Position numbers and translations under genes: made by a program
In this document: positions 48,801 through 62,200 of the stretch, one piece after another
How the letters are laid out: each line of letters begins with the position of its first letter
Numbering within the stretch: position 1 is the first letter of the stretch
Notes under the pieces: generated by a model
Database searches by the model: none
Seen by the model: only the letters and a program-made list of their open reading frames with translations
Told to the model about the DNA's origin: nothing
Source of the DNA: Eledone cirrhosa
Taxonomy: Eukaryota
Direction of reading: 5' to 3'
Length of the DNA stretch: 64,000 nucleotides
Assembly: GCA_964016885.1 (NCBI GenBank)
Contig: OZ024744.1
Span: 101,370,001 to 101,434,000, forward strand

Positions 48801-50238
48801 AGATATCATGACAAAAAAAACCCAGTCCACACTGTAAAGTGGTCATGTAGATGTCATGACAAAAAGCACACAGTACACACTGCAAAGTGGTCATGTAGGT
48901 GTCATGACAAAAAGCACCCAGTACTCACTGTAAAGTGGTCATGTAGGTGTCATGAGAAAAAGCACCCAGCCCACACTGTCTAGTGGTCATGTAGGTGTCA
49001 TTTCAAAAAGCACCCAGTACTCACTGTAAAGTAGTCATGTAGGTGTCATGTCAAAAAGCGCCCAGTACACACAGTAAAGTGGTCATGTAGGTGTCATGAC
49101 AAAAAGCTCTAAGCCCACACTGTAAAGTGGTCATGTAGGTGTCATTTCAAAAAGCACCCAGTACTCACTGTAAAGTGGTCATGTAGGTGTCATGTCAAAA
49201 AGCACCCAGTACTCACTGTAAAGTGGTCATGTAGGTGTCATGAGAAAAAGCACCCAGTACTCACTGTAAAGTGGTCATGTAGGTGTCATGACAAAAAGCT
49301 CTCAGCCCACACTGTAAAGTGGTCATGTAGGTGTCATTTCAAAGAGCACCCAGTACTCACTGTAAAAGTGGTCTTGTAGGTGTCTTGACAAAAAGCACCC
49401 AGTACTCACTGTACAATGGCCATGTAGGTGTCATGAGAAAAAGCACCCAGTCCACACTGTGAAGTGGACATGTAGGTGTCATGACAAAAAGCTGTCAGTC
49501 CATACTGTAAAGTGGTCATGTAGGTGTCATTTCAAAAAGCACCCAGTACTCACTGTATAGTGGTGATTTAGGTGTCATGGCAAAAAGCACCCAGTACTCA
49601 CTGTAAAGTGGTCATGTAGGTGTCATGCAAAAAGCACCCAGACCACACTGTAAAGTGGTCATGTAGGTGTCATGACAAAACGTTCTCATCTCACACTGTA
49701 AAGTGGTCATGTAGGTGTCATTTCAAAAAGCACCCAGTACTCACTGTAAAAGTTGTCTTGTAGGAGTCTTGACAAAAACACCCAGTATCCACTGTAAAGT
49801 GGCCATGTAGGTGTCATGAGAAAAAGCACCCAGGCCACATTGTAAAGTGGTCATGGAGGTGTCATTTCAAAAAGCACCCAGTACTCACCGTAAAGTGGTC
49901 ATGTAGGTGTCATGGCAAAAAGCACCCAGTACTCACTGTAAAGTGGTCATGTAGGTGTCATGGCAAAAAGCACCCAGTAGTCACACTGTATAGTGGTGAT
50001 GTAGGTGTCATGACAAAAAGCACCCAACCCACACTGTAAAGTGGTCATGTAGGTGTCATGTAAAAAAGTACACAGTGCACACTGCAAAGTGGTCATGTAG
50101 GTGTCATGACAAAAAGACCGCAGGACTCAGTGTAAAGTGGTCATGTAGGTGTCATGCAAAAAGCACCCAGACCACACTGTAAGGTGGTCATGTAGGTGTC
50201 ATCACCAAAAGCACCCAGCCCATACTGTAAGGTAGTCA
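45884..50238 (+). repeat. Higher-order tandem duplication, period 2,160 bp (45 monomers)
   Basis: Lines 45901 onward match lines 48061 onward in every line I compared; identical ORFs at 46356/48516 and 46348/48508. Confidence 0.95.
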
Positions 50239-53200
50239 TGTAGGTGTCATGACAAAAAGCAGACAGTACTCACTGTAAAGTGGTCATGTAGGTGTCATGA
50301 CAAAAAACACCCAGACCACACGGTAAAGTGGTCATGTAGGTGTCATGAAAAAAAGCTCTCAGTCCATACTGTAAAGTGGTCATGTAGGTGACCACACAAA
50401 AAGTACCCAGTCCACACTGTAAAGTGGTCATATAGCTGTCATTACAAAAAGCTCCCAGTACTCACTGTAAAAGTGGTCATGTAGGTGTCATAACAAAAAA
50501 CAGCCAGTACTCACTGTAAAGTGGTCTTGTAGGTGTCTTGACAAAAAGCACCCAGTCCACACTGTAAAGTGGACATGTAGGTGTCATGACAAAAAGCTGC
50601 CAGTCCATACTGTAAAGTGGTCATGTAGGTGACATGCAAAAAGCACCAGGTCCACACTGTAAAGTGGTCATGTAGGTGTCAAGCAAAACGCACCTAGTCC
50701 ACACTGTAAAGTGGTCATGTAGATATAATGACAAGAAGCACCTAATCCACACTGTAAAGTGGTCATGTAGGTGTCATGACAAAAAGCACCCAGTCGACAC
50801 TGTAAAGTGGTCATGTAGATGTCAGGACAAAAAACACCCAGTCCACACTGTAAAGTGGTCATGTAGGTGTCATGATAAAAAGCACTCAGTCCACACTGTA
50901 AAGTGGTCATGTAGATGTCATGACAAAAAGCAGCCAGTCCACACTGTAAAGTGGTCATGTAGATGTCATGACAAAAAACACCCAGTCCACACTGTAAAGT
51001 GGTCATGTAGATGTCATGACAAAAAGCACACAGTACACACTGTAAAGTGGTCATGTAGGTGTCATGACAAAAAGTTCTCATCCCACACTGTAACGTGGTC
51101 ATGTAGATGTCATGAGAAAAAGCACCCAGCCCACATTGTAAAGTGTTCATGGAGGTGTCATTTCAAAAAGCACCCAGTACTCACTGTAAAGTGGTTGTGT
51201 AGGTGTCATGGCAAAAAGCATCCAGTACTCACTGTAAAGTGGTCATGTAGGTGTCATTTCAAAAAGCACCCAGTACTCACTGTAAAGTGGTCATGTAGGT
51301 GTCATGCAAAAAGCACCCAGTACTCACTGTAAAGTGGTCATGTAGGTGTCATGAGAAAAAGCACCCAGCCCACACTGCAAAGTGGTCATGTAGATGTCAT
51401 GACAAAAAGCACCCAGTACACACTGTAAGGTGGTCATGTAGGTGTCATGACAAAAAGCACCCATTACTCACTGTAAAGTGGAAATGTAGATGTCATGACA
51501 AAAAGCACCCAGTAGTCACACTGTATAGTGGTCATGTAGGTGTCATGACAAAAAGCACCCAACCCACTTTGTAAAGTGGTCATGTAGGTGTCATGTAAAA
51601 AAGTACCCAGTGCACACTGCAAAGTGGTCATGTAGGTGTCATGACAAAAAGACCCCATAACTCAGTGTAAAGTGGTCATGTAGGTGTCATGCAAAAAGCA
51701 CCCAGACTACACTGTAAGGTAGTCATGTAGGTGTCATGACAAAAAACACCCAGACCACACGGTAAAGTGGTCATGTAGGTGTCATGAAAAAAAGCTCTCA
51801 GTCCATACTGTAAAGTGGTCATGTAGGTGACCACACAAAATGTACCCAGTCCACACTGTAAAGTGGTCATATAGCTGTCATTACAAAAAGCACCCAGTAC
51901 TCACTGTAAAAGTGGTCATGTAGGTGTCATAACAAAAAACAGCCAGTACTCACTGTAAAGTGGACTTGTAGGTGTCTTGACAAAAAGCACCCAGTCCACA
52001 CTGTAAAGTGGACATGTAGGTGTCATGACAAAAAGCTGCCAGTCCATACTGTAAAGTGGTCATGTAGGTGACATGCAAAAAGCACCAGGTCCACACTGTA
52101 AAGTGGTCATGTAGGTGTCAAGCAAAACGCACCTAGTCCACACTGTAAAGTGGTCATGTAGGTGTCATGACAAAAAGCACCCAGTTGACACTGTAAAGTG
52201 GTCATGTAGATGTCATGACAAAAAACACCCAGTCCACACTGTAAAGTGGTCATGTAGGTGTCATGATAAAAAGCACCCAGTCCACACTGTAATGTGGTCA
52301 TGTAGGTGTCACGCAAAAAGCACCCAAGACTTATAGTAAAAGTGGTCATGTAGGTGTCATGACAAAATGCACCCACTACTTACTATAAAGTGGTCGTGTA
52401 TGTGTCATGACAAAAAGTACCCAGTACTCACTGTAAAGTGGTCATGTAGGTGTCATGACAAAAAACACCCAGTACTCACTGTAAAGTGGTCATGTAGGTG
52501 TCATGACAAAAATCACCCAGTACTCACTGTAAAGTGGTCATGTAGGTGTCATGACAAAAAATACCCAGTACTCACTGTAAAGTGGTCATGTAGGTGTCAT
52601 GACAAAAAACACCCAGTACTCACTGTAAAGTGGTTATGTAGGTGTCATGACAAAAAGCACCCAGTACTCACTGTAAAGTGGTCATGTAGGTGTCATGACA
52701 AAAAGCACCCAGCCCACACTGTAAAGTGGTCATGTAGGTGTCATGACAAAAAGCACCCAGTCCACACTGTAAAGTGGTCATGTAGGTGTCATGACAAAAA
52801 GCACCCAGTAGAAACTGTAAAGTGTTCATGTAGGTGTCATGACAAAAAGCACCCATTACTTTACTGTAAAGTGGTCATCTAGGCCTCATGACAAAAAGCA
52901 CCCAGTACTCACTGTAAAGTGGTAATGTAGGTGCCATGAGAAAAAGCACCCAGTACTCACTGTAAAGTGGTCATGTAGGTGTCATTTCAAAAAGCACCCA
53001 GTACTCACTGTAAAAGTTGTCTTGTAGGTGTCCTGACAAAAAGCACCCAGTACTCACTGTAAAGTGGTCATGTAGGTGTCATTTCAAAAAGCACCCAGTA
53101 CTCACTGTAAAGTGGTCATGTAGGTGTCATTTCAAAAAGCACCCAGTACTCACTGTAAAGTGGTCTTGTAGGTGTCATGACACAAAGCTGTCAGTCCATA

Positions 53201-56200
53201 CTGTAAAGTGGTCATGTAGCTGACTTGACAAAAAGTACCCAGTCCATACTGTAAAGTGGTCATGTAGCTGTCATTACAAAGAGCTCCCAGTACTCACTGT
53301 AAAAGTGGTCATGTAGGTGTCATGACAAAAAACAGCCAGTACTCACCGTAAAGTGGTCTTGTAGGTGTCTTGATAAAAAGCACCCAGTACTCACTGTAAA
53401 GTGGTCATGTAGGTGTCATGAGAAAAAGCTCTCATCCCACACTGAAAAGTGGTCATGTAGGTGTCATTTCATAAAGCACCCAGTACTCACTGTAAAGTGG
53501 TCAGGTAGGTTTCATGGCAAAAAGCACCCAGTACTCACTGTGAAGTGGTCATGTAGGTGTCATGAGAAAAAGCACCCAGGCCACACTGTAAAGTGGTCAT
53601 GTAGGTGTCATTTCAAAAAGCACCCAGTACTCACTGTGAAGTGGTCATGTAGGTGTCATGAGAAAAAGCACACAGCCCACATTGTAAAGTAGTAATGTAG
53701 CTGTCATTTCAAAAAACACCCAGTACTCACTGTAAAGTGGTCATGTAGGTGTCATGAGAAAATGCTCTCATCCCACACTGAAAAGTGGTCATGTAGGTGT
53801 CATTTCATAAAGCACCCAGTACTCACTGTAAAGTGGTCATGTAGGTGTCATGGCAAAAAGCACCCAGTACTCACTGTAAAGTAGTCATGTAGGTGTCATG
53901 AGAAAAAGCACCCAGTACTCACTGTAAAGTGGTCATGTAGGTGTAATGACAAAAAGCTCCCAGCCCACACTGTAAATTGGTCATGTAGGTGTCATTTCAA
54001 AAAGTAACCAGTACTCACTGTAAAAGTGGTCTCGTAGGTGTCTTGACAAAAAGCACCCAGTACTCACTGTAAAGTGGCCATCTAGGTGTCATGAGAAAAA
54101 GTACCCAGTCCACACTGTAGAGTGGACATGTAGGTGTCATGACAAAAACCTGTCAGTCCATACTGTAAAGTGGTCATGTAGGTGACATGACAAAAACTAC
54201 CCAGCCCACATTGTAAAGTGGTCATGGAGGTGTCATTTCAAAAAGCACCCAGTACTCACTGTAAAGTGGTCGTGTAGGTGTCATGGCAAAAAGCATCCAG
54301 TACTCACTGTAAAGTGGTCATGTAGGTGTCATGGCAAAAAGCACCCAGTACTCTCTGTAAAGTGGTCATGTAGGAGTCATGAGAAAAAGCACCCAGTACT
54401 CACTGTAAAGTGGTCATGTAGGTGTCATGACAAAAAGCTCTCACCCCACACTGTAAAGTGGTCATGTAGGTGTCATTTCAAAAAGCACCCAGTACTCACT
54501 GTAAATGTGGTCTTGTAGGTGCCTTGACAAAAAGCACCCAGTACTCACTGTAAAGTGGCCATATAGGTGTCATGAGAAAAAGCACCCAGTCCACACTGTA
54601 AAGTGGACATGTAGGTGTCATGACAAAAAGCTGTCAATCCATACTGTAAAGTGGTCATGTAGGTGGCATGACAAAAAGCACCCAGTCCATACTATAAAGT
54701 GGTCATGTAGCTGTCATTACAAAAAGCTCCCAGTACTCACTGTAAAAGTGGTCATGTAGGTGTCACGACAAAAAACAGCCAGTACTCACTGTAAAGTGGT
54801 CTTGTAGGTGTCTTGATAAAAAGCTCCCAGTACTCACTGTAAAGTGGTAATGTAGGTGTCATTTCAAAAAGCACCCAGTACTCACTGTAAAGTGGTCATG
54901 TACGTGTCATGAGAAAAAGCCCCCAGCCCACACTGTAAAGTGGTAATGTAGGTCTCATGACAAAAAGCTCTCAGCCTACACTGTAAAATGGTCATGTAGG
55001 TGTCATTTCAAAAAGCACCCAGTACTCACTGTAAAGTTGTCATGTAGGTGTCATGGCAAAAAGCACCCAGTACTCACTGTAAAGTGGTCATGTAGGTGTC
55101 ATGAGAAAAAGCACCCAGTACTCATTGTAAAGTGGTCATGTAGGTGTCATGACAAAAAGCACCCAGTACTCACTCTAAAGTGTTTATGTAGGTGTCATTT
55201 CAAAAAGCACCCAACCCACACTGTAAAGTGGTCATGTAGGTGTCATTTCAAAAAGCACCCAGTACTCACTGTAAAGTGGTCATGTAGGTGTCATGGCAAA
55301 AAGCACCCAGTACTCACCGTAAAGTGGTCATGTAGGTGTCATGACAAAAAGCTCTCAGCCCACACTGTAAAGTGGTCATGTAGGTGTCATTTCAAAAAGC
55401 ACCCAGTACTCACTGTAAATGTGGTCTTGTAGGTGTCTTGACAAAAAGCACACAGTACTCACTGTAAAGTGGCCATGTAGGTGTCATGAGAAAAAGCACC
55501 CAGTCCACACTGTAAAGTGGACATGTAGGTGTCATGACAAAAAGCTGTCAGTCTATACTATAAAGTGGTCATGTAGCTGTCATTACAAAAAGCTCCCAGT
55601 ACTCACTGTAAAAGTGGTCATGTAGGTGTCATGACAAAAAACAGCCAGTACTCACTGTAAAGTGGTCTTGTAGGTGTCTTGATAAAAAGGACCCAGTACT
55701 CACTGTAAAGTGGTAATGTAGGTGTCATGAGAAAAAGCACCCAGTACTCACCGTAAAGTGGTCATGTAGGTTTCAATTCAAAAAGCACCCAGTACTCACT
55801 GTAAATTGGTCATGTAGGTGTCATGGCAAAAAGCACCCAGTACTCACTGTAAAGTGGTCATGTAGGTGTCATGAGAAAAAGCACGAAGCCCACACTGAAA
55901 GTGGTCATGTAGGTGTCATTTCAAAAAGCACCCAGTACTCACTGTAAAGTGGTCATGTAGGTGTCATGAGAAAAAGCACCCAGTCCACACAGAAAGTGGT
56001 CATGTAGGTGTCATTTCAAAAAGCACCCAGTACTCACAGTAAAGTGTACATGTAGGTGTCATGACAAAAAGCTGTGAGTCGATACTGTAAAGTGGTCATG
56101 TAGCTGTCATTACAAAAAGCTCCCAGTACTCACTGTAAAAGTGGTCATGTAGGTGTCATGACAAAAAACAGCCAGTACTCACTGTAAAGTGGTCTTGTAG

Positions 56201-59200
56201 GTGTCTTGATAAAAAGGACCCAGTACTCACTGTAAAGTGGTAATGTAGGTGTCATGAGAAAAAGCACCCAGTACTCACCGTAAAGTGGTCATGTAGGTTT
56301 CAATTCAAAAAGCACCCAGTACTCACTGTAAATTGGTCATGTAGGTGTCATGGCAGAAAGCACCCAGTACTCACTGTAAAGTGGGCATGTAGGTGTCATG
56401 AGAAAAAGCACGAAGCCCACACTGAAAGTGGTCATGTAGGTGTCATTTCAAAAAGCACCCAGTACTCACTGTAAAGTGGTCATGTAGGTGTCATGAGAAA
56501 AAGCACCCAGTCCACACTGAAAGTGGTCATGTAGGTGTCATTTCAAAAAGCACCCAGTACTCACAGTAAAGTGTACATGTAGGTGTCATGAAAAAAGCTG
56601 TGAGTCGATACTGTAAAGTGGTCATGTAGATGTCATGACAAAAAACACCCAGTCCACACTGTAAAGTGGTCATGTAGGTGGCATGACAAAAAGCACCCAG
56701 TACTCACTGTAAAGTGGTCATGTAGGTTTCACGAGAAAAAGCACCCAGGCCACACTGAAAGTGGTCATGTAGGTGTCATTTCAAAAAGCACCCAGTACTC
56801 ACTGTAAAGTGTTCATGTAGGTGTCATTTCAAAATGCACCCAGTACTCACTGTAAAGTGGTCATATAGGTATCATGGCAAAAAGCAGCCAGAACTCACTG
56901 TAAAGTGGTCATGTAGTTGTCATGAGAAAAAGCACCCAGCCCACAATGTAAAGTGGTCATGTAGGAGTCATTTCAAAAAGCACCCAGTACTCACTGTAAA
57001 ATGGTGATGTAGGTGTCATGGCAAAAAGCACCCAGTACTCACTGTGAAGTGTACATGTAGGTGTCATGACAAAAAGCTGTGAGTCGATACTGTAAAGTGG
57101 TCATGTAGATGTCATGACAAAAAACACCCAGTCCACACTCTAAAGTGGTCATGTAGGTGTCATGATAAAAAGCACCCAGTCCACACTGTAAAGTGGTCAT
57201 GTAGATGTCATGACAAAAAGCACCCAGACCACACTGTAAAGTGGTCATGTAGATGTCATGACAAAAAACACCCAGTCCACACTGTAAAGTGGTCATGTAG
57301 GTGTCATGGCAAAAAGCACCCAGTACTTACTGTAAAGTGGTCATGTAGGTGTCATGAGAAAAAGCACCCAGCCCACACTGTAAAGTGGTCATGTAGGTGT
57401 CATTTCAAAAAGCACCCAGTCCACACTGAAAAGTGGACATGTAGGTGTCATGACAAACAGCTGTCAGTCCATACTGTAAAGTGGTCATGTAGATGTCATG
57501 ACAAAAAACACCCAGTCCACACTGTAAAGTGGTCATGTAGGTGTCATGACAAAAACACCCATTACTTTTCTGTAAAGTGGTCATCTAGTCCTCATGAGAA
57601 AAAGCACCCAGTACTCACTGTAAAGTGGTCATGTAGGTGTCATGTCAAAAAGCACCCATTACTTTACTGTAAATTGGTCATCTAGGCCTCATGAGAAAAA
57701 GCACCCAGTACTCACTGTAAAGTGGTCATGTAGGTGTCATGACAAAAAGCTCTCAGCCCACACTGTAAAGTGGTCATGTAGGTGTCATTTCAAAAAGCAC
57801 CCAGTACTCACTGTAAATGTGGTCTTGTAGGTGTCTTGACAAAAAGCACCCAGTACTCACTGTAAAGTGGCCATGTAGGTGTCATGAGAAAAAGGACCCA
57901 GTCCACACTGTAAAGTGGACATGTAGGTGTCATGAGAAAAAGCACCCAGTACTCACTGTAAAGTGGTCATGTAGGTTTCATGAGAAAAAGCACCCAGGCC
58001 ACACTGAAAGTGGTCATGTAGGTGTCATTTCAAAAAGCACCCAGTACTCACTGTAAAGTGTTCATGTAGGTGTCATTTCAAAAAGCACCCAGTACTCACT
58101 GTAAAGTGGTCATATAGGTGTCATGGCAAAAAGCAGCCAGTACTCACTGTAAAGTGGTCATGTAGTTGTCATGAGAAAAAGCACCCAGCCCACACTGTAA
58201 AGTGGTCATGTAGGAGTCATTTCAAAAAGCACCCAGTACTCACTGTAAAGTGGTGATGTAGATGTCATGGCAAAAAGCACCCAGTACTCACTGTAAAGTG
58301 GTCATGTAGGTGTCATGAGAAAAAGCACCCAGTACTCACTGTAAAGTGGTCATGTAGGTGTCATGACAAAAAGCACCCAATACTCACTGTAAAGTGGTCA
58401 TGTAGGTGTCATGGCAAAAAGCACCCAGTACTGACTGTAAAGTGGTCATGTAGGTGTCATGAGAAAAAGCACCCAGTACTCACTGTAAAGTGGTCATATA
58501 GGTGTCATGGCAAAAAGCAGCCAGTACTCACTGTAAAGTGGTCATGTAGTTGTCATGAGAAAAAGCACCCAGCCCACACTGTAAAGTGGTCATGTAGGTG
58601 TCATTTCAAAAAGCACCCAGTACTCACTGTAAATGTGCTCTTGTAGGTGTCTTGACAAAAAGCACCCAGTACTCACTGTAAAGTGGCCATGTAGGTGTCA
58701 TGAGAAAAAGCACCCAGTCCACACTGTAAAGTGGACATGTAGGTGTCATGACAAAAAGCTGTCAGTCCATACTATAAAGTGCTCATGTAGCTGTCGTTAC
58801 AAAAAGCTCCCAGTACTCACTGTAAAAGTGGTCATGTAGGTGTCATGACAAAAAACAGCCAGTACTCACTGTAAAGTGGTCTTGTAGGTGTCTTGATAAA
58901 AAGCACCCAGTACTCACTGTAAAGTGGTCATGTAGGTGTCATGACAAAAACACCCATTACTTTAATGTAAAGTGGTCATCTAGGCCTCATGAAAAAAAGC
59001 ACCCAGTACTCACTGTAAAGTGGTCATGTATATGTCATGACAAAAAGCACCCAGACCACACCATAAAGTGGTCATGTAGATGTCATGACAAAAAACACCC
59101 AGTCCACACTGTAAAGTGGTCATGTAGGTCTCATGACAAAAAGCTCTCAGCCTACACTGTAAAGTGGTCATGTAGGTGTCATTTCAAAAAGCACCCAGTA

Positions 59201-62200
59201 CTCACTGTAAAGTTGTCATGTAGGTGTCATGAGTAAAAGCACCCAGCCCACATTGTAAAGTGGTCATGTAGGTGTCATTTCAAAAAGCACCCAGTACTAA
59301 CTGTAAAGAGGTCATGTAGGTGTCATGGCAAAAAGCACCCAGTACTCACTGTAAAGTGGTCATGTAGGTGTCATTTAAAAAAGCACCCAGCCCACACGGT
59401 AAAGTGGTCATGTAGGTGTCATTTCAAAAAGCACCCAGTACTCACTGTAAAGTGGTCATGTAGTTGTCATGAGAAAAAGCACCCAGTACTCACTGTAAAG
59501 TGGTCATGTATGTGTCATGACAAAAAGCTCTCAGCCCACAGTGTAAAGTGGTCATGTAGGTGTCATTTCAAAAAGCACCCAGTACTCACTGTAAAGTGGT
59601 CATGTAGGTGTCATGGCAAAAAGCACCCAGTACTCACTGTAAAGTGGTCATGTAGGTGTCATGAGAAAAAGCACCCAGCCCACACTGTAAAGTGGTCAGG
59701 TAGGTGTCATTTCAAAAACCACCCAGTACTTACTGTAAAGTGGTAATGAGGTATCATGGCAAAAAGCACCCAGTACTCACTGTAAAGTGGTCATGTAGGT
59801 GTCATGACAAAAAGCTCTCAGCCCACACTGTAAAGTAGTCATGTAGGTGTCATTTCAAAAAGCACCCAGTACTCACTGTAAATGTGGCCTTGTAGGTGTC
59901 TTGACAAAAAGCACCCAGTACTCACTGTAAAGTGGCCATGTAGGTGTCATGAGAAAAAGCACCCAGTCCACACTGTAAAGTGGACATGTAGGTGTCATGA
60001 CAAAAAGCTGTCAGTCCATACTATAAAGTGGTTATGTAGCTGTCATTACAAAAAGCTCCTAGTACTCACTGTAAAAGTGGTCATGTAGGTGTCTTGACAA
60101 AAAGCACCCAGTACTCACTGTAAAGTGGCCATGTAGGTGTCATGAGAAAAAGCACCCAGTCCACACTGTAAAGTGGACATGTAGGTGTCATGAAAAAATG
60201 CTGTCAGTCCATACTATAAAGTGGTCATGTAGCTGTCATTACAAAAAGATGCCAGTACTCACTGTAAAAGTGGTCATGTAGGTGTCATGACAAAAAACAG
60301 CCAGTACTCACTGTAAAGTGGTAATGTAGGAGTCATGAGAAAAAGCACCCAGTACTCACTGTAAAGTGGTCATGTAGGTGTCATTTCAAAAAGCACCCAG
60401 TACTCACTGTAAATGGTCATGTAGGTGTCATGACAAAAAGCACCCAGTACTCACTGTAAAGTGGTCATGTAGGTGACATGAGAAAAAGCACCCAGCCCAC
60501 ACTGAAAGTGGTCATGTAGGTGTCATTTCAAGAAGCACCCACTACTCACTGTAAAGTGGTCATGTAGGTGTCATTACAAAAAGCACCCAGTACTCACTGT
60601 AAAATGGTCATGTAGGTGTCATGAGAAAAAGCACCGAGCCCACACTGTAAAGTGGTCATGTAGGTCTCATGACAAAAAGCTCTCAGCCTACACTGTAAAG
60701 TGGTCATATAGGTGTCATGACAAAAAGCTCTCAGCCCACAGTGTAAAGTGGTCATGTAGGTGGCATTTCAAAAAGCACCCAGTACTCACTGTAAAGTGGT
60801 CATGTACGTGTCATGGCAAAAAGCACCCAGTACTCACTGTAAAGTGTTTATGTAGGTGTCATGAGAAAAAGCACCCAGCCCACACCGTAAAGTAGTCCTG
60901 TAGGTGTCATGATAAAAAGCACCCAGTCCACACTGTAAAGTGGTCATGTAGATGACATGACAAAAAGCACCCAGACCACACTGTAAAGTGGTCATGTAGA
61001 TGTCATGACAAAAAACACCCAGTCCACACTGTAAAGTTGTCACGTAGGTGTCATGGCAAAAAGCACCCAGTACTCACTGTAAAGTGGTCATGTAGCTGTC
61101 ATGAGAAAAAGCACCCAGCCCACACTGAAAAGTGGACATGTAGGTGTCATGACAAAAGCTGTCAGTCCATACTGTAAAGTGGTCATGTAGATGTCATGAC
61201 AAAAAACACCCAGTCCACACTGTAAAGTGGTCATGTAGGTGTCATGACAAAAAGCACCCATTACTTTACTGTAAAGTGGTCATCTAGGCCTCATGAGAAA
61301 AAGCACCCAGTACTCACTGTAAAGAGGTCATGTAGGAGTCATTTCAAAAAGCACCCAGTACTCACTGTAAAGTGGTGATGTAGGTGTCATGGCAAAAAGC
61401 ACCCAGTACTGACTGTAAAGTGGTCATGTAGGTGTCATGAGAAAAAGCACCCAGTACTCACCGTAATGTGGTCATGTAGGTGTCATGACAAAAAGCTCTC
61501 AGCCCACACTGTAAAGTGGTCATGTAGGTGTCATTTCAAAAAGCACCCAGTACTCACTGCAAAGTGGTCATGTAGGTGTCTTGACAAAAAGCACCCAGTA
61601 CTCACTGTAAAGTGGCCATGTAGGTGTCATGAGAAAAAGCACCCAGTCCACACTGTAAAGTGGACATGTAGGTGTCATGACAAAAAACAGCCAGTACTCA
61701 CTGTAAAGTGGTCTTGTAGGTGTCTTGATAAAAAGCACCCAGTACTCACTGTAAAGTGGTCATGTAGGTGTCATGACAAAAACACCCATTACTTTAATGT
61801 AAAGTGGTCATCTAGGCCTCATGAAAAAAAGCACCCAGTACTCACTGTAAAGTGGTCATGTAGATGTCATGACAAAAAGCACCCAGACCACACCATAAAG
61901 TGGTCATGTAGATGTCATGACACAAAACACCCAGTCCACACTGTAAAGTGGTCATGTAGGTCTCATGAAAAAAAGCTCTCAGCCTACACTGTAAAGTGGT
62001 CATGTAGGTGTCATTTCAAAAAGCACCCAGTACTCACTGTAAAGTTGTCATGTAGGTGTCATAAGTAAAAGCACCCAGCCCACATTGTAAAGTGGTCATG
62101 TAGGTGTCATTTCAAAAAGCACCCAGTACTAACTGTAAAGAGGTCATGTAGGTGTCATGGTAAAATCACCCAGTACTCACTGTAAAGTGGTCATGTAGGT

